Below, piece after piece: positions 1-9,429 of a stretch of 26,128 bases of DNA (the first letter of the stretch is position 1; each line of letters opens with the position of its first letter). The notes below the pieces were generated by a model that was not told where the DNA came from, ran no database searches, and saw nothing but the letters and a program-made list of their open reading frames with translations. The stretch spans positions 1-26,128 of the IMG/VR virus record IMGVR_UViG_3300029319_000429. One strand, 5' to 3'. The position numbers were made by a program, and so were the translations under genes. The DNA comes from a virus (taxonomy: Duplodnaviria; Caudoviricetes).

Positions 1-683
1 TGACTTGCATTCCAAAATGGAATTAAAGAATCATCCACGTAACTGAATGCTCTGACTTGAGAACCATCACCAAATATTGTAGGTGAATAACCATTTATTA
101 TCTGCCACATCCATATACCTAAAACATTTCTGTACTTATCCCATATGTTTTGGTTTCTACCATAGAAGTTGTGTGGTCTAACTATCGTGTAAGGTAGTTT
201 GTGTTGTTCGTACGCAACTCTTAAATCTTGTTCGACTGCATACTTCGCTATACCATAAGGGTCGATTGGGCGTGGTGTCAACTCCTCTGAGAATGGTGGA
301 TTGTATATGTTACCATATACTGACATGGAACTTGCAAATACAAATCTTTGAACATCGTGTTTGATTGCGTGATTGATTAGGTTTGTAGATGCTAATAGAT
401 TGTTCTGATAGTTGTATTTTCTTATGAACGGACTCAAACCCTCAGCGGCGTATGCTGCAAAATGATATATGATATCTATCTTATGTTCTTCAAAGATATC
501 GTCTAAGTTAGCTGTAGATAGATTTACAGGATAAAACTTTACTTCACTTCTAATATTCTCTTCGTAACCACCACTCAAATCATCAATACCAATCACATTG
601 ATATCTCTCCAAGAAGTGTTTAGTATGAAATCTGCTAACCTTGAACCAAGTAATCCTGCTACACCTGTGATTAATATATTCAT
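1..683 (-). CDS. NAD-dependent epimerase/dehydratase (extended SDR, GalE-like), 3' end outside the window
   Basis: Not in the ORF track; read manually from ATG at 683: MNILITGVAGLLGSRLAD (GxxGxxG), YHFAAYAAEG, FASSMSVYG, catalytic PYGIAK (YxxxK), RPHNFYG, IFGDGSQVRAFSYVDD. ATGA overlap with the upstream stop. Confidence 0.93.
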   Translation of the reverse strand, partial: MNILITGVAGLLGSRLADFILNTSWRDINVIGIDDLSGGYEENIRSEVKFYPVNLSTANLDDIFEEHKIDIIYHFAAYAAEGLSPFIRKYNYQNNLLASTNLINHAIKHDVQRFVFASSMSVYGNIYNPPFSEELTPRPIDPYGIAKYAVEQDLRVAYEQHKLPYTIVRPHNFYGRNQNIWDKYRNVLGIWMWQIINGYSPTIFGDGSQVRAFSYVDDSLIPFWNAS

Positions 684-1084
684 TTTTTTACCTCAACCAT
701 ATCCTTAAACAAAATGTCTATTTTATTCTTATTCTTAGCTCTACCCTCATTTGCTTTTCTTAATCTTTTCTCTTCCATCTGTGCAATTCTAAGTCTAGCT
801 CTATCCGATTCTCCGATATGTATGTCATTAGTTACTAAGTCCTCTAACTCCTCTATAATGGAACTTGAATCAAAAGTTCTCTTCTCACCAACATACTGAT
901 ATTCGCCTGAATCATAAACCTCTTGTAGCAAATTAGATATCTTTTCTCTTATCATATCGATTGCTACTTCTTGATGATGTATCTTCTGTAAGTCTTTCTC
1001 TTTCTTAAAGAAAAACAACTTTATGTTTTCTGTTATCAGTCTATCGAAGTATGCTGATAGTGTATCTATGTTAGATAGTCTCAT
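680..1084 (-). CDS. Hypothetical helical protein, possibly DUF4254/DUF6165-like
   Basis: 134 aa with ATGA overlaps at both ends. TLSAYFDRLITENIK and RKANEGRAKNKNKID recall those families from memory only. Confidence 0.55.
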   Translation of the reverse strand: MRLSNIDTLSAYFDRLITENIKLFFFKKEKDLQKIHHQEVAIDMIREKISNLLQEVYDSGEYQYVGEKRTFDSSSIIEELEDLVTNDIHIGESDRARLRIAQMEEKRLRKANEGRAKNKNKIDILFKDMVEVKK

Positions 1085-2229
1085 TTGTCCTCAAAGTATT
1101 TGTTAACCCAATAAATAACGTAGTCTATGTCTTCGTCAGTCATAGCTGGATGGCATGGAAGACTGATTAGAGACTTCCAAACACTATCTGCTACAGGGTA
1201 ATCTCTGTAGTTTGTTGCTCTCAAAATACCATACTTGTGTAATGGTTTAAAGTGAACTGAAGTATGGATGTTCTTATCTGCTAAGTAATCAATCAAGTCA
1301 TCTCTATCTGTAATGACAGCACCACTACCATCAGGTGCATAACTACTATGTTCCGGCAGTCTAGCAATATAATACTGAACTGTATCTGAATGTGGTGGTC
1401 TATCTACTCTTTTATCTAATCTTTCATTGTATTGATTTTGAATATGTTGTCGTTTATCTAAGTGGTCAGGTAATTTTTTCATTTGTTCTAAACATATTGC
1501 TGCCATAATATCAATCATATAATATTTGTAACCAAGTATTTCTACTTGATAATCCCATGCATAACCTGGCTTACCACTAGCTCCTTGAGCTCTACTCCAA
1601 GTAGAAGATACACCAAACCAAGTCATATCTTTTACCTTACAATATAAATCATAGTCATCGGTTGTAATCATACCACCATCACCACAAGGCATTGTCTTCA
1701 CTGCTTGGAAAGACCAAACTGCACAATCACCTTTCTTACCAGCTCCCTCTGTATAACAACTATGAGCAGTATCTTCTATAATGAAACCATCATAGAACTC
1801 TCTAATCTCATCTATGGGTGCAGGAATACCAGCCATGTTAACTGCAATAAGTGCGTCTGAATTTCTTTTCAGCCTAGCTTTAACATCTTGAGGATCGATA
1901 TTTAAATCCCATTCTTGAACATCAACAATATTAGATGTACAATCATTCCATAATGGAATAGTAGCGGTTGCTATAAACGACATAGTAGGATTGATAACAT
2001 CTATTCCTTTCAATCCTTTAGCTTTCATAACTAAGTCTTGTCCATGTGAAGCCGATGTTACAGCGACTGCATATTTAGCACCAACCATCTCAGCAAACTT
2101 CTGTTCGAACTCTGCTACTTTTGGACCTTTTCCCCACCAACCACTTTCAATAACTTCTCTAAGTGCTTGTACTTCTTCTTCACCACCAAGTGGTCGAAGA
2201 ACGGGCAACATTGTGTCTCTAATTTCCAT
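1081..2229 (-). CDS. DegT/DnrJ/EryC1/StrS family PLP-dependent NDP-sugar aminotransferase
   Basis: SGWWGKGPKVAEFE, IIEDTAHS, SFQAVKTMPCGDGGMITTDD (PLP lysine), SLPCHPAM. Start moved to ATG 2229, which follows GGAGG by 6 nt. Confidence 0.95.
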   Translation of the reverse strand: MEIRDTMLPVLRPLGGEEEVQALREVIESGWWGKGPKVAEFEQKFAEMVGAKYAVAVTSASHGQDLVMKAKGLKGIDVINPTMSFIATATIPLWNDCTSNIVDVQEWDLNIDPQDVKARLKRNSDALIAVNMAGIPAPIDEIREFYDGFIIEDTAHSCYTEGAGKKGDCAVWSFQAVKTMPCGDGGMITTDDYDLYCKVKDMTWFGVSSTWSRAQGASGKPGYAWDYQVEILGYKYYMIDIMAAICLEQMKKLPDHLDKRQHIQNQYNERLDKRVDRPPHSDTVQYYIARLPEHSSYAPDGSGAVITDRDDLIDYLADKNIHTSVHFKPLHKYGILRATNYRDYPVADSVWKSLISLPCHPAMTDEDIDYVIYWVNKYFEDK

Positions 2230-2440
2230 TATCATCCTCCCGGAAAACCTCTACCATCAATACATTAGGATCGTTTATCAAAACCATTCTACCATCTACA
2301 GTAAAAAACTTTGTAAATTGTCCTTGTTCAATAGTATCTGTATCTATTCCTCTTATTGTTTTTCTATAACCACCCTTGAAGTGTATAATCTGTGTGACAT
2401 ACTTTCCTTGTAGGGTTACACTTGACTCAAGATTCTTCAT
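2219..2440 (-). CDS. Small hypothetical protein, predicted beta-rich
   Basis: 73 aa. AAGGTG SD-like element before ATG 2440. Overlaps both neighbours and fills the gap in the operon. Confidence 0.7.
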   Translation of the reverse strand: MKNLESSVTLQGKYVTQIIHFKGGYRKTIRGIDTDTIEQGQFTKFFTVDGRMVLINDPNVLMVEVFREDDNGN

Positions 2441-3266
2441 ACTCACCTTTCAAATATTGCATCATGTTATCGATATCGTTTTCACTTGCTACTCTTTCAA
2501 AAACTTGACTTGACATCTCATGGTTCTCTTTTGCTATATCATCTACGTTCTCACCAGTCTCTTGTGCTCTAATTCTATCAGGTCTGGTAATCATGTTTCT
2601 TGAACCAGCCCAATGATGATAAATTAAATCATCGTAGATTGCGTAGTATAATGGATGTAAATCAGTTTTATTGCTTCTTACTAATGGGTAGTAATCATAA
2701 CCACGTTCTTTCAACCAATTGATTGTTCCACCCCACCAATTGTCATTCTTGTCTTTAATTATGTTTCTTAGATAATCAGTTAAGTTATCCTCTATTATAT
2801 GCTTAGCCTTAAATGCCATGAACATCGGATGTGGTATCAGATACAATGGATTTCTATCCCACTCATGCATCGGTTCTTGTGCTGATACAAATGGATACTC
2901 TTTTAATTTCTCTTCTAAGAAGTCTCCCATCGGTGCGATTGGAAAAGCATCTGAATCTAATAGTAATATCGTATCATCCGTCATTATCTTAAAGTTATTT
3001 AATACATAATCTATCAGTTTACCCATTGAGTAAGTCCAATGTTGTGCACCTGATATAGCACCATCAAACTTATGTTTGTGTTTATCGTAACTTATGGTTG
3101 TATCACTATACTTTACTCTCTCTCCTTTTTTATTCACTTTGAACTTAAATGGTTCTTCACCTAATCTTGCATAAACCTTGTATGGTTCTGATATAAATCT
3201 AGCTAACTCTCTCTTCTGAATATCAACCCACTTATCACTTAGGTGTAACGTTAGTATATGTAACAC
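2427..3266 (-). CDS. Putative GT-A fold glycosyltransferase
   Basis: ILLLDSDAFP (DxD after a hydrophobic strand), late IYHHWAGS histidine motif. Start reassigned to GTG 3266 (GGAGGT SD, TAGTG overlap with the upstream stop). Confidence 0.6.
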   Translation of the reverse strand: MLHILTLHLSDKWVDIQKRELARFISEPYKVYARLGEEPFKFKVNKKGERVKYSDTTISYDKHKHKFDGAISGAQHWTYSMGKLIDYVLNNFKIMTDDTILLLDSDAFPIAPMGDFLEEKLKEYPFVSAQEPMHEWDRNPLYLIPHPMFMAFKAKHIIEDNLTDYLRNIIKDKNDNWWGGTINWLKERGYDYYPLVRSNKTDLHPLYYAIYDDLIYHHWAGSRNMITRPDRIRAQETGENVDDIAKENHEMSSQVFERVASENDIDNMMQYLKGEYEES

Positions 3267-4855
3267 TATCCAACCTCCTGTAGTAAATCGAATCCCCATT
3301 GTTCCATAGTAATATGATTAAATGGATATCCTTTGTAACCCTCAGCTTTGATAAAATCCTCAACACCTTTCTTACCAGCTTCTTTTATTTTACGATTCTC
3401 TTCTAAACTTCTATGTGCTGATGGTTTTAACATATGCATTCTACTAAAATAGAATCGTGGTTCTGTAAAGTTGTAACCATGAATGTTAACACTATAATTG
3501 TAAACCAAATCATCATCACTCTCACAACCAAAAAATCTAAACTTTTCACTATTTGGTGGGAATGGATGTATCTCTTTTGGTAAATCTATGTTTTGTTCCT
3601 CTATCATCTTTCTTAGTTTGCTACTGAACACAACATCTAAATCACCATTCTTATTCTTTCTTGCATCTACTCCCATGACTGCTAAGATAGCACTATTACA
3701 TATTGCATATTCTTCTTTTGGAAAACCCATCACATCCATTAACTCAATAAAATTAATATACTTTAGTGGATTTTCTGCGTTACCTTTAAACACTTCTTCT
3801 GATGGCATATAAAATGGTATGTAACTTTTACCATTTATCAATCTACCAATCATAGACACTGCTCTATGATATCCATGCTTTAAGAAACCACCAAAGAAAT
3901 TAACAGGATCGTCAATTAATGCCACCTGTATTTCTTCGTCTGTCATCATCTCTAAAGAATTGTAATATTCTTTAGTCATATTTTCCCAACCTCTGTCGTG
4001 GTGGTTTTCAACGTTACGTCTAAACTCAGCCCACATACAATTCCAATACTGATGATTACCTCTATTGACTTTCTTTACAGTCTTCTTGACATTTTCCACA
4101 TCAGAAAAGTATTCTAATGCTTCTCTTACAGTTTTGATTTGTTTGTCATTATGTATAATCTCTTTACCACCACTACCATGTTGTAACTCCATATTCAGAA
4201 AATATTCTAAGTTGATTGGTACTGTAATCAATAAGTTTTCAATAAATGTTTTATAAGTATTATCCTCTATAAAATTTCCAGCTGAAAGATAAGTTTCGTA
4301 GTGATGTTTACTTAGATTAGTGTACTCGTCTATATGATATATTCCTTCTAAATCTATTAGAGTTGGCTTTCCTTCAAATTCATATGTGTGGTTTTTACAA
4401 AAATCGTATGAGAAATATCTACTTTCAATAGTTTTTATTTTTACTTTAACCAACATCTCATTAAAATGTGATTGTGATTTGTCTGTAAGTCTGACTAACT
4501 TTTGTTCAAGACTATCTTCTTTTGTAAATAACTGCTTACACTCTTTGGTGACATAACCTCTACAGATATTATTCTCATCATAAATCAAACCAACAAAGTT
4601 TGGAACGATTGTGCTATCATAGAAACCACTTGCGAACGCTTGTGGTAAAGTGTTAATTCTAATATAATCTTCATCCCACACCTTAACAAAATACTCATCT
4701 GTCTGATAGATAGTTCTATTGTGGTTTTCACTTCCCCAACGACTATCTTTGTGTTTGACTTGTTTGTAACTCTTGAAATCTAAATCTTCATACTTGAAGA
4801 CATCATAAACATCTCCAATCAAAGATTCAAACTCAAATATTTTCGTAAAATTCAT
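3266..4855 (-). CDS. Multidomain protein: kinase-like N-terminus, ParB/Srx-like middle, Pol-beta nucleotidyltransferase-like C-terminus
   Basis: 529 aa. YFVKVW, VPNFVGLIYD..GYVT, YDFCKNH..LIDLE (kinase-like); LKHGYHRAVSM (G-x-H-R); AICNSAILAVMG..R....GDLDVV (NTase-like). Confidence 0.5.
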   Translation of the reverse strand: MNFTKIFEFESLIGDVYDVFKYEDLDFKSYKQVKHKDSRWGSENHNRTIYQTDEYFVKVWDEDYIRINTLPQAFASGFYDSTIVPNFVGLIYDENNICRGYVTKECKQLFTKEDSLEQKLVRLTDKSQSHFNEMLVKVKIKTIESRYFSYDFCKNHTYEFEGKPTLIDLEGIYHIDEYTNLSKHHYETYLSAGNFIEDNTYKTFIENLLITVPINLEYFLNMELQHGSGGKEIIHNDKQIKTVREALEYFSDVENVKKTVKKVNRGNHQYWNCMWAEFRRNVENHHDRGWENMTKEYYNSLEMMTDEEIQVALIDDPVNFFGGFLKHGYHRAVSMIGRLINGKSYIPFYMPSEEVFKGNAENPLKYINFIELMDVMGFPKEEYAICNSAILAVMGVDARKNKNGDLDVVFSSKLRKMIEEQNIDLPKEIHPFPPNSEKFRFFGCESDDDLVYNYSVNIHGYNFTEPRFYFSRMHMLKPSAHRSLEENRKIKEAGKKGVEDFIKAEGYKGYPFNHITMEQWGFDLLQEVG

Positions 4856-5465
4856 TTTGTTTAATTTGTTTCTCTATTGTTTTTGGATGATATAATGATA
4901 ACTCTTCGTGTGGTGGTAAGTGTGCATATGTTTTTCCACCTTGTATTATTTCATGAACTTTTCCAGTCCATCTGATTCCATCTGCTTTTCTAAATACCCT
5001 TGCTTGGTAATCTGGATAGTTTACCCAATCCTTCTCTGATACTCTCCAACCCCATTTTTGTATCCACTCTTCGGTTAATCCATCTACTGTGTTAACTCTT
5101 GGCACCCAAATTAAATCAACATCATTCATTTCTACTATCTGTTTTATTTGGGCTAGTAATACTTCATGTGGATATTCATCTGCATCAAAGTGAAATACAT
5201 AGTCACCACTACTATTTTCTATTACTGAATTCTTCTGTGCTGCAAAATCACCATTGAGTTTTCTCTGATACACCTTGATAGTTTTCATATCTTCGTGTCC
5301 ATATTGTTGAACCCAACTTGTGATTACCTCTTGTGTTTTCTCATCAGAGTAATCATCACATATTACAATCTCATCCTCAGCATCAGTTTTATGTATGAGT
5401 ATTTCTAATAACCTATTTAATTCTTCAGCCTCATTGTGAACTGTTATTCCGTAACTAATCTGCAA
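4833..5465 (-). CDS. Glycosyltransferase family 2
   Basis: ISYGITVHNE, ICDDYSDEKT, FAAQKN, FHFDADE (DxD), YPDYQARVF, WTGKVHE. Probable start TTG 5465 after AGAGGTG; the ORF track's GTG 5471 lies inside that SD. Confidence 0.9.
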   Translation of the reverse strand: MQISYGITVHNEAEELNRLLEILIHKTDAEDEIVICDDYSDEKTQEVITSWVQQYGHEDMKTIKVYQRKLNGDFAAQKNSVIENSSGDYVFHFDADEYPHEVLLAQIKQIVEMNDVDLIWVPRVNTVDGLTEEWIQKWGWRVSEKDWVNYPDYQARVFRKADGIRWTGKVHEIIQGGKTYAHLPPHEELSLYHPKTIEKQIKQNEFYENI

Positions 5466-5949
5466 AATCACCTCTAAATTGTGTAGGTATAATATTCTTA
5501 AAGTCGTAGTCTAATACTCTAACTTGTCCCATCTTATCCATCTTGTATGTTCTGTAAGCTGTTTCGACTAAACCACTAATTTTTGTCAACTTAGTATCAT
5601 AGAATTTAGATGCATCTATTCTACCTGTTGTTAAATTAAATTTAACCATGTTACCACCACTTGGATTTTCTACATCTTCATCCACAGATGGTGCACCAAT
5701 TATTTGTGCAAATCTTCGTAAATGATTATCAGAAACCATATCCAAACTTAAACCATGAACTAACTTCTCCTTTAATGCTCCAGCAGGAGGCCAGACACTC
5801 AGAACAATAGCTCCAACCAAGTTTTCCTCAACCTTTCCACCCTTAACTTTCTCATACCTAAATTCTATCATTGTTCCAGGATCTATCTTACTTCTTGGTA
5901 TTGTAGTTCTTTTTATTACTCTAGATCTATGCTTTACTAAAAATCCCAC
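5455..5949 (-). CDS. Hypothetical protein, possibly a distant T4 gp2-like DNA end protector
   Basis: 164 aa, TAGTG overlap at the start. PGTMIEFRY, VHGLSLDM and AYRTYK echo the gp2-family spacing (G.M..F.Y / GLNLHY / .K.Y) as recalled. Confidence 0.45.
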   Translation of the reverse strand: MGFLVKHRSRVIKRTTIPRSKIDPGTMIEFRYEKVKGGKVEENLVGAIVLSVWPPAGALKEKLVHGLSLDMVSDNHLRRFAQIIGAPSVDEDVENPSGGNMVKFNLTTGRIDASKFYDTKLTKISGLVETAYRTYKMDKMGQVRVLDYDFKNIIPTQFRGDFAD

Positions 5950-6440
5950 TAATCTTCCTTTTTCTTCAAGTCTTTAATTATACCCATATCTTGACATGCT
6001 TTGAAAAATTCAAACTTATCATAAACTTTTGCGTTATCCACATCAAGTCTCTTATCATAATTATTATAGTTTGCACGTTCCTCTTCAGGTATTTCAACAA
6101 CTTTTGCATATTTCCAAACATAGTTCTTTTTGTCTTTAGCTTTAAAAGAAGCTCTTGATTCTGATGAAACACTTTCATCTGGATATATTATGCCTAACTC
6201 ACCCATATTGATAACACAAGGAAACCAAACTATACCTCTACTTTCATCGTGGTATTGTAAATCTTGAACTAACTGAGGACTTGCATTCATATTGTCAACT
6301 AACTCTACACTACCAGCCCTATATCTTGTATCACTCATGTAACCACAATTGAAACACATGAAACTACTGAAGTTTTCTTGCATCTCTTCAAAACAACTAT
6401 CTCCATCCTTACATACAGGACAAATTACAACTCTTTCCAT
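5949..6440 (-). CDS. Zinc-finger-containing hypothetical protein
   Basis: 163 aa. N-terminal CPVC and CFNCG. TAATG overlap with the GT4 stop. Confidence 0.7.
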   Translation of the reverse strand: MERVVICPVCKDGDSCFEEMQENFSSFMCFNCGYMSDTRYRAGSVELVDNMNASPQLVQDLQYHDESRGIVWFPCVINMGELGIIYPDESVSSESRASFKAKDKKNYVWKYAKVVEIPEEERANYNNYDKRLDVDNAKVYDKFEFFKACQDMGIIKDLKKKED

Positions 6441-7810
6441 TACATCTTCCTCAACTTAGGTAGTTTAATTACATCTTTAACTTTTGGTTCATCCTTTGGT
6501 GGTTTGATTGCACCTGTTTGTCCACCATCAATCTTTTTTAACTTAGGTAGTTTAAGACTTACCGCTTGTGGAACATCACCAATCATTTTATCTACCATCT
6601 CAACAAACTTAGCACCCATGTTAGCTCTTGTAAATTTCTTTGTATTTGTTTTACCCAGCTGATTGAATATCGGTGTGTATTTTTGATAGTTTTTATAAAC
6701 ATCTTTCATCACTTTTGCAGCTTTACTATAATTTACTGAGAACCAAGCCATACCGTCTACGAACATTCCTTTTTGAAATGCTTTCTTTGGAACTTTAGTT
6801 AAACTACCCTCTAAAGCTGTACTTAAACTTACAGGTAAGAAATCTATATGTCCACTCCAAGCTGGAAATATAACTGGCTTACCTGTTAGTGATGCCTCAA
6901 GTAATGGTCTTCCAAAACCCTCACCATGTGTAAATGAAATGTGAGCTTTGACTTTAGGATGATTGTATAGTTCATTCATTTCGTAATCTTCTAAATCACC
7001 ATGTAACAAATAGATGTTTGGTAAGATTTTAGCATCAACTGTTTTTCTAATAGCTTCTATCTTATTTAACATATCTTCTCTGTCCATAACAGAAAATGTA
7101 GCACTACTTGTTTTTAGTATCAGAGCTGGTCTCTTCTTCTTACCTGTATTCTTAAATGTTTCTAAGAATGTCTTTATCAACATACCGACATCTTTTCTAT
7201 CTTCTGTAAGATTACCACTTAACCAATGTCCTACAAATAAGAAACAGAATGGTTCTCTAATTTTGTTCATCTCAGCAACCAATTCCTCTGAAAACTTGTT
7301 TGTCTTACCAAATACTTTTTCATCAAAACCCTCAAACAACACATCGATTGGTGTATTCACTCCATGAACACCAACAACTTCTTTACCCTGCTTTTCTTCA
7401 TACTTTGTTTGTAGTATCATTTCTTTTACAAACTCAGCAGGAACTATGTTGTGATTCATTCTATTCATCCCATCAACCCATTCTTTTGGTATTGCTGTTG
7501 CTTCTAATCCTGCAGTTATACCAAGATTTTTTTTACCAATTTTCTGAAACTCACTTGGGACTGTAACTTGAATATGTAAATCAGGTTGTTTTTCTAACCT
7601 ACCCTCATAAATCATGTTATCCAATATAAGTTTATGGTCAGGATTCTGTTCGTTTAGTGCATTCATTGGTGTGTTTCCCCAACGAAGTGATGCTACTCTA
7701 ACATCATACTTGTTTGATTTCAATAACTCTAAAGCTAAATCTCTAGCATGATCTCCGTAACCACTTCTTGTAGCTACAGGACCTTGAAATAAAATAAAAG
7801 GTTTAGTCAT
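6440..7810 (-). CDS. Glycosyltransferase family 4 (GT-B)
   Basis: SGYGDHARD near the N-terminus, FLFVGHW, HGEGFGRPLLEASLTGKPVI (E-x7-E signature). AGGAG SD. Confidence 0.9.
   Translation of the reverse strand: MTKPFILFQGPVATRSGYGDHARDLALELLKSNKYDVRVASLRWGNTPMNALNEQNPDHKLILDNMIYEGRLEKQPDLHIQVTVPSEFQKIGKKNLGITAGLEATAIPKEWVDGMNRMNHNIVPAEFVKEMILQTKYEEKQGKEVVGVHGVNTPIDVLFEGFDEKVFGKTNKFSEELVAEMNKIREPFCFLFVGHWLSGNLTEDRKDVGMLIKTFLETFKNTGKKKRPALILKTSSATFSVMDREDMLNKIEAIRKTVDAKILPNIYLLHGDLEDYEMNELYNHPKVKAHISFTHGEGFGRPLLEASLTGKPVIFPAWSGHIDFLPVSLSTALEGSLTKVPKKAFQKGMFVDGMAWFSVNYSKAAKVMKDVYKNYQKYTPIFNQLGKTNTKKFTRANMGAKFVEMVDKMIGDVPQAVSLKLPKLKKIDGGQTGAIKPPKDEPKVKDVIKLPKLRKM
6453..6555. repeat. 16-bp direct repeat AACTTAGGTAGTTTAA (6453-6468 and 6540-6555) encoding a duplicated KLPKL motif
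   Basis: Two exact copies read from the sequence; the protein tail has LKLPKLKK and IKLPKLRK. Confidence 0.85.
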
Positions 7811-7818
7811 TATAACTC

Positions 7819-9198
7819 CTATGCCTTATATAAGGTGTATCGTTTTCTTGGTGTCCACTTTTCGAATGCAGTGTCCATGTCTTTGATAAATCGTTTGCTC
7901 ATATTTTCTGCTGTCATACCTATCTCTTCTGTCTGAACAAACTCAACTCCTTTTTCACCACACTCTTTTCTTTTCTCTTCACTCATATCATAAAAATGCT
8001 TTAATCCCTCTGCAGCATCTTCATAACTTGGTCTGTCATCAAAAATATATGGTGTTGGTGGTGAACCTTGTAATGAAATGTTAGAGGGAAATACTGGAAA
8101 CGCCCATTCACCGCACTCCCTATATTTCCCCCTATGATTGGATTGAAACTCATCATTGTAATCATCTACCGTTAAATATGAACCATCTTCTTTCTTAAAA
8201 CCACATTGATCCTGTAAACCACCTGTAACATTAACTACAATTGGTGTTCCACACATCAATGATTCACAAGTTCCTAATCCAAATCCCTCATTCGATGCTA
8301 TGTTGATTGTAACATCAGCCATATTATACATGAAACACATTTGGTCATTATCTAATTTCTCATTAGAAAAAATAACGTCGTAGTCTGGACAAAGTTCTTC
8401 TACTACTTTAGGTAAATCTGTTCCATTGTCATCAATAGGTTGTGTGTGCATTACTAATGCACATTTTTTTGCTTCTTCTTTTGGTAACATATCACAGAAC
8501 GTCTTAAAAGACATAATAACATCACCTGGCAACTTACGTCTGATATTCCTATTATTCCAAAAGACGACAAAATCATAAGTCTTATTACGTAACACGTGTT
8601 TTTTGAAAGTTACTGACTTATCATATTTCTTGTGTAAGCTATCAATAGGTTCAAAGTATTTGTGATTGATACCATGTGGAATGTAAGTATTATCCCATTC
8701 AGTTCTTGGTTTATTTCTACATACATTATCTACAATATTAACTGTTTGTCGTGATATGTTCATAATCAAATCACAACTCTCATAGTAAGGTTCATTCCAT
8801 CTTGGATAAGGTAAATCATCCCAAATATTGTAATAGAATATAGGAATATTTTGTCTTATCTCATGCTCCATGTTAAATAACCATATCCAAAATCGTGGGT
8901 CTGTATAAATCATAATAGCGTCGGGCTTTTCTATATTCATTACAGCTCTTAGTGTTTCATCATTTCCATAACCACTTATTGGATATATCTTTAGATATGC
9001 ATCTTTAATACCATAATCTTTTTCAACCGATTTAGAAATATCGACTACGTTTCCCTCTTCTGGATGTTTTATAGCTCCACCCATCTGAACCCAATCATAT
9101 CTGTCAAGTGTTCCCATTACGAACTCTCTTGACATAGTTCCAACACCACTTGACATTCTCAAGTCGTCTGATAGTAATAATATTTTCTTTTTAGCCAT
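7819..9198 (-). CDS. Glycosyltransferase family 4 (GT-B)
   Basis: KILLLSDD..SGVG, YIPHGIN, NRNIRRK, SNEGFGLGTCESLMCGTPIVVNVTGGLQD (E-x7-E). Confidence 0.92.
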   Translation of the reverse strand: MAKKKILLLSDDLRMSSGVGTMSREFVMGTLDRYDWVQMGGAIKHPEEGNVVDISKSVEKDYGIKDAYLKIYPISGYGNDETLRAVMNIEKPDAIMIYTDPRFWIWLFNMEHEIRQNIPIFYYNIWDDLPYPRWNEPYYESCDLIMNISRQTVNIVDNVCRNKPRTEWDNTYIPHGINHKYFEPIDSLHKKYDKSVTFKKHVLRNKTYDFVVFWNNRNIRRKLPGDVIMSFKTFCDMLPKEEAKKCALVMHTQPIDDNGTDLPKVVEELCPDYDVIFSNEKLDNDQMCFMYNMADVTINIASNEGFGLGTCESLMCGTPIVVNVTGGLQDQCGFKKEDGSYLTVDDYNDEFQSNHRGKYRECGEWAFPVFPSNISLQGSPPTPYIFDDRPSYEDAAEGLKHFYDMSEEKRKECGEKGVEFVQTEEIGMTAENMSKRFIKDMDTAFEKWTPRKRYTLYKA

Positions 9199-9199
9199 A

Positions 9200-9391
9200 C
9201 TAATACCTACTACCGCTTTGTTGTAAATTTGCGTAGCATTGTATCTTTACTCTAAAATCTCTATCATGACAATACAGATCTATTGAACGATTGACTAATT
9301 TTTGTAGAGTAAATTCTTCTTCAATACTTACTCCTTTAAATTTTTTGTAGAGGTCAGTTAAGAGTTTAACTGACGTTAATTTGCTTTCCAT
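9200..9391 (-). CDS. Putative ribbon-helix-helix DNA-binding protein
   Basis: 63 aa with GGAG SD. LTSVKL (strand), TDLYKKFK (helix A) and TLQKLVNRSIDLY (helix B) match the RHH pattern. Confidence 0.6.
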   Translation of the reverse strand: MESKLTSVKLLTDLYKKFKGVSIEEEFTLQKLVNRSIDLYCHDRDFRVKIQCYANLQQSGSRY

Positions 9392-9414
9392 ATAGTAACT
9401 CCATTCAGTATATA

Positions 9415-9429
9415 TATAAATATAAATAT
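9415..9429 (-). promoter_or_regulatory. Two overlapping ATATTTATA motifs (class ATAnTTATA), putative phage promoter or operator
   Basis: Intergenic, about 25-40 nt upstream of ATG 9391. Related motifs at 17536-17544 and 22817-22825. Confidence 0.45.

Noticed and set aside
9415-9428. T4 late promoter TATAAATA on the plus strand
   Set aside because: Points against all genes with no plus-strand gene to drive; the related copies vary at a position fixed in the T4 consensus.
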